From Chiloscyllium plagiosum (Eukaryota), in the NCBI RefSeq assembly GCF_004010195.1, contig NC_057751.1:11584578-11648577 (forward strand): DNA of 64,000 bases, read 5' to 3'. Under the pieces are notes generated by a model that was not told the origin of the DNA, did no database searches, and was given only the letters and a program-made list of their open reading frames with translations. The position numbers and the translations under genes were made by a program. How positions within the stretch are numbered: the stretch's first letter is position 1; the number at the start of each line of letters is the position of its first letter. Positions 24,425 to 37,988 of this stretch are shown here, in pieces.

Positions 24425-24802
24425 GTAACATCCTTCAAATCTAAGTGCACCCTGAACTGCCTGAGTTTCAAGCTGGAGATTGCTCATGAGAAAAGGTGAT
24501 TCTCAATTCAGTTCACTTTGTGACACGTGAACTGTTTACAGCAGTCTGCCTCACAATGTTGTCAGTGCTCATTCTTTTCTTTGCATCTATCCTCCTACCC
24601 CCTCACTCTAGACTCTGGTTCCCTGGTGAAGACCTGGTACCCTTCCAGCCCACAGCAAGTGCACAGTATAGAATGGATCACTTTTCATGGACTTGTTGAA
24701 AAACAGTCAGTTATTTCCTGGAATATCAATCCTTATTGGCCTACACAGTGTAGCGACTAAAGACAAAAAACTAAATCAACAATCTGTGACTTAAGGTTTG
24801 AA

Positions 24803-25150
24803 GACCATTAGAGAGAGGAACAAGAGTAGGCCATCTGGTCCCTTGAGCCTACAATGCCATTCAATAGGATCATAGCTGACCTGACATTTCTCGTGTCCAC
24901 TTTCCTGCCTTTTCCCCAACTGACCAAGAACTTATCTATCTCAGCCTTAAATATACAGAAGGACTCAGCCTCCTCAGCTCTGTGTGGCAAGGATTTCCAA
25001 AGACTCACAACCCTCTGAGAGAAGAAATTCCTCCTCATCATAGTCTTAAATTGGTGTACTCTTTATTCTGAGGTGATCCCCTTTGGTCCTGGACTCTCCC
25101 ATGAGGGGGATCATTGTCTCAGCATTTACTCTGTCAAGCCGCTTAAGAAT
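24803..25150 (-). mobile_element. CR1 LINE 3' end
   Basis: MRRNFFSQRVVSLWKSLP; GAACAAGAGTAGGCCATC tail. Confidence 0.85.
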
Positions 25151-26222
25151 CGCTCTTTCAAAGAGCTGGCATTGGCTCAATGGGCTAAATTCTCCCTTGC
25201 TTGCCTTCAAATTGCATGATATTGATGTAGGTTAATGTTGAAAAACAAGACAACAGTCAGAATTCAGTAAGATCTTAGCAATTGCAATGCACATGGCTAA
25301 ATTGATAAAGGTTGATCAAGTTGAAATGTGAATTTTGGTTCTCACTCATCAGATTTTGCCTGACCCGCTGACTGTTTCCAGCATTTTCTATTTTTATTTG
25401 GTGAAAGAAGAAAATGGAGAATAACAGGCCAGGAACACGACGTTGAGGCCCCTGCAGCAATTTCCATGCCAGGAAGATGTCTTTGTGGATTTGCTAACTT
25501 CAGTTTAGGTGTAGTGGACAGTGCTCAGCCTGTTTTATTTTAATGTTAAAAATGAATTGGTGTATTTCACATGGGCTGTGGGAAATCTTTCAGTTGGAAA
25601 GTGAAAGATTAATAGCAGGCAGCAGATCCTGAACCACAATGAGTGCACAGAGGTGGAACTTCTAATGTGACAATGCAGAGTTGACAGCACAGCTACAAAC
25701 TGACCACTATTATTCCAATGCACTCAAAACATTGACATTCAAAATAATCTTGTTTCATTGCCCACAGGCTCATTTAATGCTATAGTGATGGAAATTGATT
25801 TGGTAAGTCATGCATGTTTTGTTCACACAGTCTGAAACTTGCTCCAATGGTGTCCTAGGGCAATTTCTTTCTCTTGTTTGCACGTGCTGTTTTCAAGCAG
25901 TGAAAGATCACATCTGCTCTGAATTTTGTGCGACTCATAAGAGATCTGACAGAATGCAGCTGACAGCAGCTCCCCAGCTCAGTCACATTTACACGTTTCA
26001 CTCTGAGACAAAATGCCACATTCAAGTTCATTTACAGCCACGCAGCAACAAATTTTTAACTTTACCAGTGTGATCTGAAATGTTAACTTCTGTTTCTTTT
26101 TTCACACTGACGCTGTCAAATCTTCAATGCATTTTCAGCTTTTTCTGATTTTCTTCGCTGAAATGAAGGAAGGCCTGGATGTTTGCAATAGGCGAAATTA
26201 AAGTTGGCAACATCTGTCAAAA

Positions 26223-26361
26223 CATCTGCCTTCCTGATGAAGGGCTCATGCCTGAAACATTGACTCTCCTGCTCCTCAGATGCTGCCTGACCTGCTGTGC
26301 TTTTCAAGCATCATACTCTCAACATCTGTCAAAAGCAACATCTGCCGTCCTCACTTTCTCT
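26223..26361 (+). mobile_element. Penelope-like mini-element, family C, with hammerhead remnant
   Basis: CTGATGA-A-GGGC-TCAT-GCCT-GAAA-CATT from 26234; 14-bp TSD AACATCTGTCAAAA at 26209-26222 and 26362-26375, with a third copy inside at 26321-26334. Confidence 0.85.
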
Positions 26362-26399
26362 AACATCTGTCAAAAGACTAATCCAAAAGAACAAAAGAT

Positions 26400-26570
26400 T
26401 TATTTTAGATTTGCCCTTCATAACATTGGAAATCCCAAAGTGCTTTACATCCGAAGAAGGGCTTTTGGAGTGCAGTCACTGTTGAATACAGGAATGGTCC
26501 AGGTATAACAGCTGTTTTACACACAGGGTCCCAGATCACATATTTGATATTAGTTGCAGACAATTTGTCT
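26400..26570 (-). mobile_element. DeuSINE (SacSINE1-like) 3' fragment
   Basis: ATCCCAAAGTGCTTTACA...TTTTGGAGTGCAGTCACTGTTG resembles the reverse complement of the Deu-SINE 3' region. Confidence 0.5.
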
Positions 26571-26589
26571 CTTGGCTGGACCATTTAAT

Positions 26590-27358
26590 TAGAGTCATAG
26601 AGATATACAGCACGGTCCAACTCATCCAAGCCAACCAGATATCCTAAACTTATCTGGTCCCATTTGCCAGCACCTGGCCCATATCCCTCTGAACCCATTC
26701 TATTCATATACCCATCCAGATGCCTTTTACATGTTTTATTGTACCAGCCTCCACCACTTCCTCTGCCAGCTCATTCCATACATGCACCACCTTCTCCTTG
26801 AAAAAGTTGCCCCTTAGGTACCTTTTAAATCTTTCTCCTTAAACCTATGCCCTCTAGTTTTGGACTCCCCGCAAGGGAAAAGACTTTGTCTATTTACTCT
26901 ATTCAGGCCCCTCATAATTTTATAAATCTCCATAAGGTCTTTGGCCCATCTGATCAAGATCCCATTGTACTCTGAGGTAACCTTCTTTGCTGTCCACTAC
27001 CCCTCCAATTTTGGTGTTAGTTGCAAACTTACTAACTATACCTCCGACGTTCACATCCAAATCATTTATATAAATGATGAAAAGCAGTGGAACTAGCACC
27101 AATACTTGTGGCACTCCACTGGTCACAGACCTCCAGTCTGAAAAACAACCCTCCACAACTTTTGTCTTCTACCTTTGAGCCAGTTCTGTATCCAATGGCT
27201 AGTTGTCCCTATATTCCATGAGATCTAACCTTGCTAACCAGTCTCCTATGAGGAACCTTGTTGAATGCCTTACTGAAGTCCATATAGATCATATCCACTG
27301 CTCTGCCCTCATAAATCCTCTTTGTTACTTCTTCAAAAAACTCAATCAAGTTTGTGAA
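26590..27358 (-). mobile_element. HER1/CR1 LINE fragment with internal deletion near 26940
   Basis: [22 protein letters not shown] motif joined directly to GDL..IYKI near the 3' end. Confidence 0.9.
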
Positions 27359-27399
27359 ATTTCTTTTGCCTTTTGACAAAAGTGAACTTTCGGCAGGAA

Positions 27400-27725
27400 G
27401 ATGGCACAGTGATCATGTCACCAGATTACTAACTTTCAAAGTCATGATTTCAAGGTTCAAATTCCAACATGGTGCCGTTGAAATTTCCTTGCCTCAGAAA
27501 TAGGTAACTGTGAAACTATTATCAATTGTTATAAACACCTATTAATGCTCCAGTAATGTCCTTTTGGAGACAAAAATCTTCCATTTAATTAAGTCTCCAA
27601 GCCCACAAAAATGTGACTAATTTATACCTACTTTCTGAAATGGCCAAGTAAGCCTTTCCGTTGAAGGGCAAATGATGAGTGACAATGCTGGTTTCGTAAA
27701 TGATGCCCACAGACCATAAACAAAG
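27400..27725 (+). mobile_element. tRNA-derived SINE ('GGGCAATAAA' tail family), diverged
   Basis: GATGGCACAGTGATCATGTCACCAGATTA...GGTTCAAATTCCAACATGG...TAATGTCCTTTTGGAGA...CTGAAATGGCC. Confidence 0.6.
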
Positions 27726-28037
27726 AAAGCAAAGAAAACTCATTTTCAGATGAATAGCGTAAGAACCGGATGTCATATGGGAGAAAATCTTTCTCAGCAA
27801 TGAGTCGTGAGGATTTGGAAATGTATTGCCTGTTAGCTTGGTAGGTAATGATTTAATGGGAAGGCAATGGTAAATTCATGAATGAGGACAGAGAATTGCT
27901 GGGATATGAAGAAAAAGCAGGGAAGGGGGATCAACTAGAATGCTTTTGAAAAGAGCTGAAGCAGACTTATTGAAGTTGATTGGCCTCCTTTTGTACTCTA
28001 TGTCCGAGGTGATGATTCTGGAATTGCATATTAAGAC

Positions 28038-28432
28038 TAATAGGCTGGGCTGTTTACCCTGAAGTGTTGGAGGCTGAGGGGTGACCTTATAGAGATTTAT
28101 ATAATCATGAGGGCCATGGCGGAGTCTAGAACAAGGGGGCATAGGTTTAAGGTGAGAGGGGAAAGATTTAAAAGGGACCTAAGGGGCAACTTTTTCACTC
28201 AGAGCGTGATGCATGTATGGAATGAGTTGCCAGAGGAAGAGGTGGAGGCTGTTACAATTACAACATTTAAACAGCATCTGGATGGATATATATGATTAGG
28301 AAGGGTTTAGAGGGATATGTGCCAAGTGCTGGCAAATGGGACTAAATTAATTTAGGATATCTGGTCGGCATGGATGAGTTGGACTGAAGGGTCTGTTTCC
28401 GTGCTGTATGTCACTATGCCTCTCAGACTCTA
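28038..28432 (+). mobile_element. HER1/CR1 LINE 3' end
   Basis: ESRTRGHRFKVRGERFKRDLRGNFFTQ; GGGTCTGTTTCCGTGCTGTA tail. Confidence 0.9.
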
Positions 28433-31010
28433 TTACAATTCTCTGGTGATATCACTCGTCAGCTGACACAGAGTGGACTTTGCATTAGTTATAGGAAAAA
28501 TATTATGACAAATAGTTCTCCTTCAAGCCTCTTCCATGTGTTATGGTAGTGAGATTTCTGATATAAAAATATGATTTTCCCAATCCTTTCATGTGTTACT
28601 TTAATATGTTGGATACAGTTGTGTTGCAACTACGGACAATAGTTACGACCTCTCTTAAAATGTTACTTCTGAAACACCCATTATAAGCCAGACCTCCTGT
28701 AACAATTTTGTTGAACAATTCAGCCCCAACAGCCCATTCCACCATTCAAAGGGATCTTCATTTATCTGTATTTTAACTCTATTTATCTTCTTCAGCTCCA
28801 AATTTTTAAAACCATTGGCTCGCAAAGATCAACTGACTTCAGATTCAAAATGATCAACTGAGCAAGCATCTCCTGCTCTTTGCGGGAGGAATTTGACACA
28901 CCACCCACCATTTGTGTGAAGGTATGCTTTCTAACCTGGACTGGTCACACAATGGTAGGTTAGACAGAATATAGACATGTGGTGCCATATTAGGGCATAA
29001 AAATAACAAATTCTGAGGAGTAACCTAGTGATATGTAAAACTGCAACAGCAAACAGAGAGCAGCTCATTTTTGGGAGCTGAAAAACACTCCAGATTGTGA
29101 ATAATGAGCTCCAGATTGCATCTCACTTCATAATGCAAACCCTCCATAGCACACAATTTGTTCTGAATATAAAGGCTGATATGTCCAGCTAGGATTCAGC
29201 CCAACGCTGCGACAGATACAAATCTGCAGCCTAATGTACCAAAGACACTGGAAAAGATGCAATATAAAATCAGCTGGGTTTTGATCACTGAGTGTGAATC
29301 TGCTGAGGAAGCAGTTTGTCCTGGCATGTCCAAAAATCACTGTCCAAGCACGTATTTTGATAGCGACAAAAGGGAGTCAGTATTCAAAGGGGATGTGTGC
29401 CTGCTGACTGATCAGCTGTCTGTTTCAGTTACCAGAGGAAAGTCACTCACTTTATTCTTTGTGAGAGAGGGTTTTTCAAGCTTCATTTCCAAAAGCAGCT
29501 GTAAACTCAACTTATTTCTCATGTTCTCAAGTGTTCTTTATTTCTTTTGCTGAGTTACACTTGGTGATTTGATGTTTATCTTTTCTTGTCTGGCCTTCTT
29601 GAACACCTTATCTCTCCTGTAACGACTATGCAAGATTGTTGGCAGAGTGTATCTGTGCTTCTTTCCAAAAATGCGCTCGCCGATACTGGCAAGAAAACCC
29701 ATCAGGGCCTATAAATATCAGGTGAGTATTCAGATCTCTGCTTCAGGGTCCAAAGACATTGGTACCAAAGGAGCTAATTTTCACAGCACAGCAGGAGAAT
29801 GCTGCTCATCTCTTCAAGTCTGTTGTACCGAACCTATACTGGACTTGTCCTAACTCAAGTTTGCTGCCAAACGCTGTCATTCCTAACACTCTTGCCTTGG
29901 AAAATTCTTTTAATCTCTGATTTGAAAAAATGCATTGACTTGCGCCCAGTGCATTTGGAAGGAGACAGAGAGCTCCATATTTCTACCACATTGCGCACAA
30001 AGAAGGAGTCCTTAATTTCTCTCCTGAATGGTCTGGCTCTGATTTTAGGAGGAACCCCACACAGAACCTGAGATAATGTCAAGAAATTAGTTAGAAGTGA
30101 CTATTGAGGAGGAAAGAGAAGTACTAAATATTGAAAACTAAAGGTGGAAGGTACTTCCATATTAAACCAAGGTCTGAGTTTAAAGGTTTTAGGTGGGAGC
30201 ATGGGGAAAGTGCAACTATTTGGAAATTGCATAATACCTTGATAGTTTTGGGACATTTTCTCTTGTGGAAGAATCTAGAATCAGGAGGTTTATGCTGAAA
30301 TTAGAACTCAGCCGTTTGAGATTGAAATTAGAAATGTTTCCTTTTCTACAAAGCATAATGGAAATCAGGAACTCACCTTCTATAAGTGCCTGTGGAGGCT
30401 TGGTCAACTGACGTTATAGGGAATGATAAGTTTTTGTCTCTCGCTGTTTCAAGAGATTGGGACTAAGGGTAGGGAAATGAAGTTGAGGTACAGATCAACC
30501 ATGATTGGGTGCAACAGTCTACAGTACGTCAAAGGGCTACAATCCTAAGAAGGTCCCATTTAAAAGTAGCAGTGACAACTACTTCTTCACTGGCAAAATT
30601 GTCAATGCATGAAATGGACTTTCAGGTAGGGCATTAGCAGACAAAAAAAAATTCTTCTCAACATATCTGTCAGATGTTTTTGGATGGATGTGCTTTGTGA
30701 AGTCAAATTCACAATGTGGCTGCAACCTGTAATTACAGCATATGGGTTTGTCAATCTTCTTTCATTTCAGAGTGCAGTTGTGCCCCTCTAGAATACAATT
30801 TCAAGTCAAACACTTGGTCAATTGCTTTGAATCAACTTGGAGTTAATGTTCTGTCATGCTTCTCCTCAACACCCAAAGAATCTTAGGAACATTGCTGGTC
30901 CCATGAGAATAGCTATGTGCATGGTCTTCGGAGGACTATGCTTGGTCCTTGTGCAGACATTGGCAGAAAAGGCCAGTGCTGAATCTGAAAGTAATTGCTC
31001 ATCTTGTCTC

Positions 31011-31244
31011 TGAAATAACTCCACAGAGGCTGGTATACTATCACCAAGTCATCCTCTATTTACACGTGGAAAGTACTTCACACTGATCCAGCTCCCACAG
31101 AGCCAGTTCTAAGAGTGAACAGGATGACTGACACTTGTTTTTATCTGTCAGCCAGGGCTCCCTGATTGGACCAGATTAACAACCTCAGTCAGGGAACTCA
31201 GATTCTATGAGGTCCACCTGGCTGACCTCATTACAATCACTATA
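31011..31244 (-). mobile_element. Solo LTR (~234 bp)
   Basis: TG...(T)A termini, 5-bp TSD GTCTC at 31006-31010 and 31245-31249; partial second copy at 40156-40290. Confidence 0.8.
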
Positions 31245-32483
31245 GTCTCAATGAGCAACTGAAAATTGTAGATGAAACTGCAAACATACAGAATTTACAG
31301 CCATGGCTAACGGACAAAATGGACAGCTCAGGAACCAAAAACAGTTCATTATTGAGGTAGTTCCAGAAACCACAAGTTCATCAAGAATTTGCATTTCAGT
31401 AGAGCCTTTAATATCACAAAACATCCCAAGTTGTTCGTAGCACTACTAGCAAACAAAATTTGGCACTGAGCCACATGTGATGAGATAGACCCTAATCTTG
31501 ACTGAAGTGGTTATTTTTAAGGAGGTAGAAAGATAATGAGGAATTATTGCATTGAAGGAGGGCACTCCAGTGATGGGGACTCAGAAAGCAGAAGGCATGT
31601 CTATTAACATTAGAATGATTAAAATTGGGAAGGAATGAGGAAGGGACAAACAGACATAATTTCTGCTTACACTCTAAAGCAAAAAAGCATACTGGAATTA
31701 TTTGCACACCACTCATATTGAGATGTAAAGTGGCACAGAACAAAAGGGATACATGTCAATCAAATTTAGCACGTTTGATTCATTTGATTTGAATTGACAT
31801 GTGCTTGACCTGGAGGTACACCAACCCCCAAGGTTTCCATATTTTTCAAGCCTGTCGACCCAAATTGCCTAGACAAATTGGCAACAAAGATTTCAGGAAG
31901 GTTTCATTTGATTTCCTATGTAAACAGGAAATCTCTGCCTGCTCATTTCTGCATCTGGACTTTATATTATGTACAGATAGTGCTGTTGAAAATTAGGTTA
32001 CAAGTCCCTGACAATTTTTATATACTGTAGACTGTTTATTTTATCTGGGATGAAAACCAGTGAGAAATCCTGAACCATGCATTTTCAGATGTGGCCACAT
32101 TCTCTGCTTTCCCATGCCATTTAGAGGGTTAGAATGAGATTATCGAAGTGTTTACCATTGCAACATAATTTCCTCTTGGCTTTTTCTTAGGACTTAATTA
32201 GGACTATATTGTTTCATGGGAAACATGGATTAAAATGATTGGGCCCCAGAATTTGTGCTTGCACCGATGGCAAAACTGGGCAAAAATTGACTTTGGTTGT
32301 AATGGTTGACATGTGCACTATTGCAGTATTCAAAGCTACAATCCATATAGGATCGCTAATTTGTGAACTTCAAAGGTGATTCTTTTTAAAATTTGTTGGT
32401 GATATTTTAGCTTCTCCTTTAATTTCATTTAGATGCCTCAATTTCATTAACTATACAATGATTAAGTTGAAATTATATTCCAG

Positions 32484-33524
32484 GCTTTTTATTTCCTGTG
32501 TTGCTATTTGTGAGAACTCTGCAATTTTATTACTGATCAGTCAGCCTGCTGATTGCCCTGTTGCTGAATGTCACACATCTCCTTTACATGGTGTTAAATT
32601 CCAAGTAGTGTCAGAAATGTTCCTGAATCTTGCCTCACTCTATGAAGTCAGTGTCAAAGACCTCTTCCCTGATGACTTTGCTAATTAAAAAGCATCAACA
32701 TGGTTTTCAGGAAAGTGACAGAACTGCTCATCACTCAGTTCATATAACAACCTGATATAACGACCTGATATAACAACAGCTTTTATGATAAAATACCAAA
32801 ACTCAAGGTTAGCTGTCAAACAGTTTCCTGATATTGTTGAGTCTGCAATCAAGTCTAGAGGTCAGAAAACCACAGAGGGCCTTATTGCAGATCTTTGTAG
32901 CAATGTAGGTGTACAAACTTGCTTCATAGCTGATTTTGGTGACACCATGCAACTGTTGAAGTTAAAAAGATGGATATGTTGCTAGGGACAGGCACGCGCT
33001 GAAGAGAGTGTGCAAGAATAAGCACTACCTAAAGATTGTCAACTGCTTCCATGATTAAACAAGAAAATCATCATGTGTTCTACAGTATATGCTTCATTTG
33101 TCTGATATGTTCATGGATGAGCCATCACTTCATTTGTCATCTGTTACAGCAGTTAGAAATACACCTCACAGGAGCTGATCATCCTTCATTGATTCAACTA
33201 CGAGCAGTTTATAGCTTAACGTATTCCAAAGTATGCTTGCAAGAAGAAGAATAAGAAAGCAGATGGCAAAAAACTTCTGCCCATTATCTTTATATAGTGA
33301 ACAAGAAACAGAAATCTCAGCCTGCTGATGTCAGGACCTTCAGAAGTAAAAGAATGGAGAGAATTTATGTCCTCCAGAAGGATTAAGACCACGGTTGGAG
33401 ATTGGAGCCTGTGGCACCAGAGACTCTGAGATGGCAGGAGTAGGATAAAAATTATGGTGAAGAGTAGCATAAGAGTTTAACAGCTGAGTTGCTAACAGTT
33501 ACAGCACATCATCAGGGATGTCAG
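32484..33524 (+). pseudogene. Candidate large decayed exon
   Basis: Acceptor TTATATTCCAG; ORFs 32458-32688 and 32785-32985 share a frame (QPADCPVAECHTSPLHG...; KQFPDIVESAIKSRGQKTTEGLIADL); possible donor TCAG|GTGATG. Confidence 0.3.
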
Positions 33525-34109
33525 GTGATGACAGCTCACACGGAACTGGGATCTGAGAGTTGAGGGTTCCAGTAGAGACCAGCTAAAGTCTGTCTCTGTA
33601 AATTGTGTAAATGCTCAGTGAATGTTTTTAGTTTGCTTGAGCTTTCCAGCCCTTGTCTCTCAAAGACACCAAGAGCCCAGCTGTGACAGTTATACAAATT
33701 CCACTGGAGAATCAACCCTGTAATACATGGCAAATCTGACTGAATGTCACACTAATTGCTGACATGACTGTTGGTAAGACTTTTGTTTACAGCAAACACT
33801 TCTTAGAGGTGAATATAAACAAAAAATAATATTGGTCGTTCAATCTTGTCAAGTCACTGCTATCTATTTATGCTCATGTTATACTCTTTTATTTCTGAAA
33901 TGACAACAAATTAGAAAGCTATGGAAAACTACTGAGATGCTTGAATATCTAAACTCAGAGATTTTCATGAAACTGTGTGACTTAATACTTCGCAAGCCTG
34001 ATATATTTGCCATCTTGTGAAGGACAATTGCTGTTCCCTGAGTGCAAATTTTCCAAAACAAAAGATTCAATCGACAGGAACATTGCTTGACATTATGAAC
34101 TGTCGAGCT

Positions 34110-35860
34110 GCAAGCTGACAAGGCCCTGGGTCCAGATGGATGTCATCCGAAGGTCTTAAAAGAGGTGGCGAATGTGGTTGTAGGTGCATTGGTGGTAATT
34201 TTCCAAAGTTCCTGAAATTCATGACAGGATCCATCAGTCTTGAAAGTGAACAGTATAAACTCTCCATTCAAGAATGCAGGGAGGCAGTTAAAAGGCCTAT
34301 TAGTTTGATGTCTGTCATGGGGAAGGTGTCAGAATTTAATTTTAAGGAGATTATAAGTGGATACTTTGAAAATCTCAAGGAAATTGGATTGTTTTGTGAA
34401 ATTGAAATCATGGTTAACTAACTCGGGTTCTTTGAAGAAGTGGGACAGCATGGTGGCTCAGTGGTGAGCACTGCTGCCTCACAGCACCAGGGACCCGGGT
34501 TTCGATTCAGGCAACTGTCTGTGTGGAGTTTGCACATTCTCCCCCATGTCTGTGTGGGTTTCCTCTGGGTGCTCTGGTTTTCTCCCACAATCCAAAGATG
34601 TGCAGGTCAGGTGAATTGGTCATGCTAAATTGCCTAGCGTGTTCAGGGGATATATAGGTTAGGTGCATGAGTCAGGGTTAAATGTAGGGGGAATAGGTCT
34701 GGGTGGGATACTCTTTGGAGGGTTGCTGTGGACTTGTTGGGCCAAAGGGCCTGTTTCCACACTGTAGGGATTCTAACAAAAAAAGTAACATGTGCTGTGA
34801 AAGAAGGGGAGCACATTGGCGTACTTTACTTGGATTTCCAGATTGCATATGAAAAGCTGCCACATCAAAGGTAATTTCAAAAATTGGAGCTCATAATCTG
34901 GGAGGTAACATATTAGAATGAATAGAAGATTGCTGACTGGTAGAACACAACGCATTATAAATGGGTGTTTTTAAGTTTGGCAGAATTGATGAGTGGAATC
35001 CCAATGGGTACCATGCTGAGGCCTCAGCCTTTCACAATCTGTATGAATGCCTTAGATAAGACAAGCAAAGGCATGGTGACTAAATGTGCAAATGATACAA
35101 AGATGGGTAGGCAAGCATATTTTGAAGGAAAAATAATAAGGTAGCAAAAGGAGATAGATATGTTGAGTGAATAAGCATCTGACAGACAATGCATAATGTT
35201 ACAAAAATGTAAAGTTGTTCACTTTAGCAGGAAAAATAAAAAAGAGTATTACTTTCCACAGAAGAAAACTTCAGAATTCTGGGATGCAGGATGATCTCTG
35301 TATTCGAGTGCATGAATCAAAAAACGTTCATATGTAGATACAACAAGCAATTAAGAAGGCTCATGAAATGCTATAATTTATTACAAAAGGAGCTGAACAT
35401 TCAAGTTAGGATGTTGTGCTTCAATAATAGAAGGCATTGGTAAAATTTGATTTTTATTACTGTGTGCAGTTTTACTTTCCTAATTAATGGAAGAATGTTA
35501 AAACTGGAGATGATTCAAGGGAAGTTGACTGGATTAATACCTGGGATAATTGGTTGTCACATGAGGATAGTTTGGACAGGCTGGGCTTGTTTCTGCTAGA
35601 GTTTAGAAGAATGAGGGGTGACTGGATTGAAGTGCATAAGAACCTGAATAGTCCTGGAAGTGATGTTCATCCTGTACTAGGGGATACTGCAGAAATCCTA
35701 GGCGCCGCCCTTTTCAAAGAGAGACTGGGAAAACTTTCTCAGAGGATTGTACTACTTTGGAACTCTCTGTCTCAGTCGGAGGTGGAGATGTGGCCATTGA
35801 AAGTTTTTAAAATGAAGAAAGAATTATCTTGTTCTGCAGGGGAATCAAAGGTTGTCAAGT
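34110..35860 (+). mobile_element. Old CR1 LINE ORF2 (RT) remnant
   Basis: RPISLMSVMGK, LDFQ.AYEK.PH, RLGLFLLEFRRMRGDWIEVHK; tail resumes at ~36466-36560. Confidence 0.85.
34441..34776 (+). mobile_element. HE1 SINE nested in CR1
   Basis: GGTGGCTCAGTGGTGAGCACTGCTGCCTCACAGC head; GGCCTGTTTCCACACTGTAGGGATTCTA tail. Confidence 0.92.
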
Positions 35861-36463
35861 TGTTATGGACCAGACTAAACCTATCAAGATATTCAGAAGA
35901 TAGTCTAGGGTCTAGACTATCATATTTAAACGTAAATGTAAGATGTTGTATTCCAGATGCAATTTGATTAGTCAAATGACCAGATTTAAAGCAAAACACA
36001 CTTCATTCATCTACTATAGATATAATATATCAAAAGAAAGAAGAAATTGGAATAACTTAACTCTATTGGAAAACTTAACGAAGTAATAGATACAGTAACT
36101 GTTACTAATTAACTGTTCCAGTATAGTAACATCCCATAAACATACCCTTGCAAAAGGCAAATTCAGAAAACAGATTGTCTCACATGTAACTCCAGTAGTG
36201 AGAAGAGAACCTTGCAGCTTTTGGCTGTAACTGAGAAAGGGAAAGAATAGCTTCCATTTCTTCAAGACCCCAGCAGCAAGTTCTAAAAGCTAAAACTAAA
36301 AACCCTGGTTCTGTGGGAGCTGGACCACAGCCATTCAGGCTGGTTCTACTGGTCCAACATTTTTTAAAAATTCCAAGGCCTCACAAACTGTTTACTCTGG
36401 TAGACTGTCCTGCAACTCTGCTTTAAAATCTCTCTGAAACAGGACAAAGCACACCATTCATAC
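35861..36463. mobile_element. Probable solo LTR inserted in CR1 3' tail
   Basis: Starts TGTTATGG, ends ...TTCATACA; interrupts a CR1 tail that resumes afterwards; TSD not clean. Confidence 0.5.
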
Positions 36464-37351
36464 ACAGTGTAGTGAGAATGTGGATTTGAAATGCAGAGAG
36501 ATCACCTTTGGTGTTATTGAATGTGGGGAAGACTTGTTGGGCTGAAGGCTCCTATTTCTTTGGCAGTGTGGTCCCATTCTAGTTCATTCATTTGTCCCAT
36601 GAATAGCAAGGTTTTCTTCAGACTGGACGACAAACCCACAATCACTCCCTCAAGTAGGATATTTATACACTGGTGCTTTTTCGCATATCTGATCTTGAAA
36701 TCCCTGTTTGTGCATGGAAGATGTCAATGCTTATTGCAGGCTGTGTGCTGCACACTGAAATGGCACCCTCTTTCTAAATGTCAGATTGGCTGTGAAAGGT
36801 CATTACCTGAAATTGGTTTCCCTCTTGGTCATTTTTGCACCTAAAAATGGGCAAAATGGAGTTAAATTTCTCCTCCTGAAGACATTGTTATTTCTCCCAC
36901 TGATTTTGAGTCTCCCAACATTACCACCATCTGCATGAAACCAAGGTGGATCATTCATCCAGGTCCTCTGAAATCAGATCCTCCTCAACTTCCAGAGCAG
37001 CCAACTACGCCACCTTGAAACATCTGTGCTGAAAAGGGTTTAGGTTCTGTGTAGACCTCACTTGATTCAGTGCAACTGTGCTTCTCAAATCAATGGTGCA
37101 GGATAAAGTGGGGGCAAAAAAATCATTCCACACCACTATTGTAGCATCTTTCTCAGCTATGACGATACACAGCAATGCTCAGAGTTGTGTCGCTTCGCAC
37201 ATTTAACAGCTAAGTCTTTTGAGGGTGGATTGAGATTGTTTCCTACTCCAGGTAGCTGGAATTAAGTTGAATGTACTTGTGTGTATATCTATGTGAGGGC
37301 TCGATATGGGGATTGCTTCTGTCGGGTTCATTGCAAATTTTCTATTTTTAG

Positions 37352-37988
37352 AATAAAGTGGAAGATGTAAAAGGTTGCTCCTGTACAATGTCCCTGCCGT
37401 GCCATTCCAAATAAAGTTGGAACAGCTTCACCAATAAAACTCTTCATCCACAGCTGTTTCTCAGTAACAGTTTTTCCATGTATATTCACAGACATGAGCT
37501 GTTGTTGCCAGCTGTCACGTATGGGCAGCTTCAACACGCAACTTCACTCGTTTCACACATATATAAAGCCCCATATGTCACCACCACCAATAACTTTTAT
37601 GGATCCATTTGCAATTTCATGGTTCTGCATTGAAATCTGCAACAAGATGTGTTGCTGGTCTCTGACCCACTAGGTCATGTACTGGTGCCATACAACTCTC
37701 AAAGGGGCAGTCCAAAAGCAAATATAATTCCAAGACTAAGGTAGCCACATCAGGGCAGACAACACTGGCACTCACGCACACAGAGAAAAGAACTTGCACC
37801 GACACTGGACATCAAATAGCCAAAGATACCCAGCACTGAGGTCAGTTTTGGCAACCCACCCCAAGCAGAGGGATTTAGGCGAGAATCCCAAGAGTAAGAA
37901 TGACCTGACTGAAGTCAGTCATCATGAGCCAATGACTGGAAGAGATATACAAGAAAATGATGCCACAGGAACAATGAGTTTGAGTTGA
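37352..37988 (+). pseudogene. Candidate decayed exon
   Basis: Strong acceptor TTTTCTATTTTAG; ~89 codons with one stop (NKVEDVKGCSCTMSLPCHSK*...YVTTTNNFYGSICNF), then frameshifted runs (KGQSKSKYNSKTKVATSGQ; GENPKSKNDLTEVSHHEPMTGRDIQEND). Confidence 0.4.

Noticed and set aside
25240..25400. Additional hammerhead hairpin elements (also ~26070-26150 and ~56360-56530)
   Set aside because: Resemble old PLE-related tails (GCCTGACCCGCTG...TTTCCAGCATTTTCT) but too degenerate to show a core or TSD
29655..29702. ARF-family GTPase (MGFLASIGERIFGKK resembles ARF N-termini)
   Set aside because: No P-loop or any G-domain motif follows
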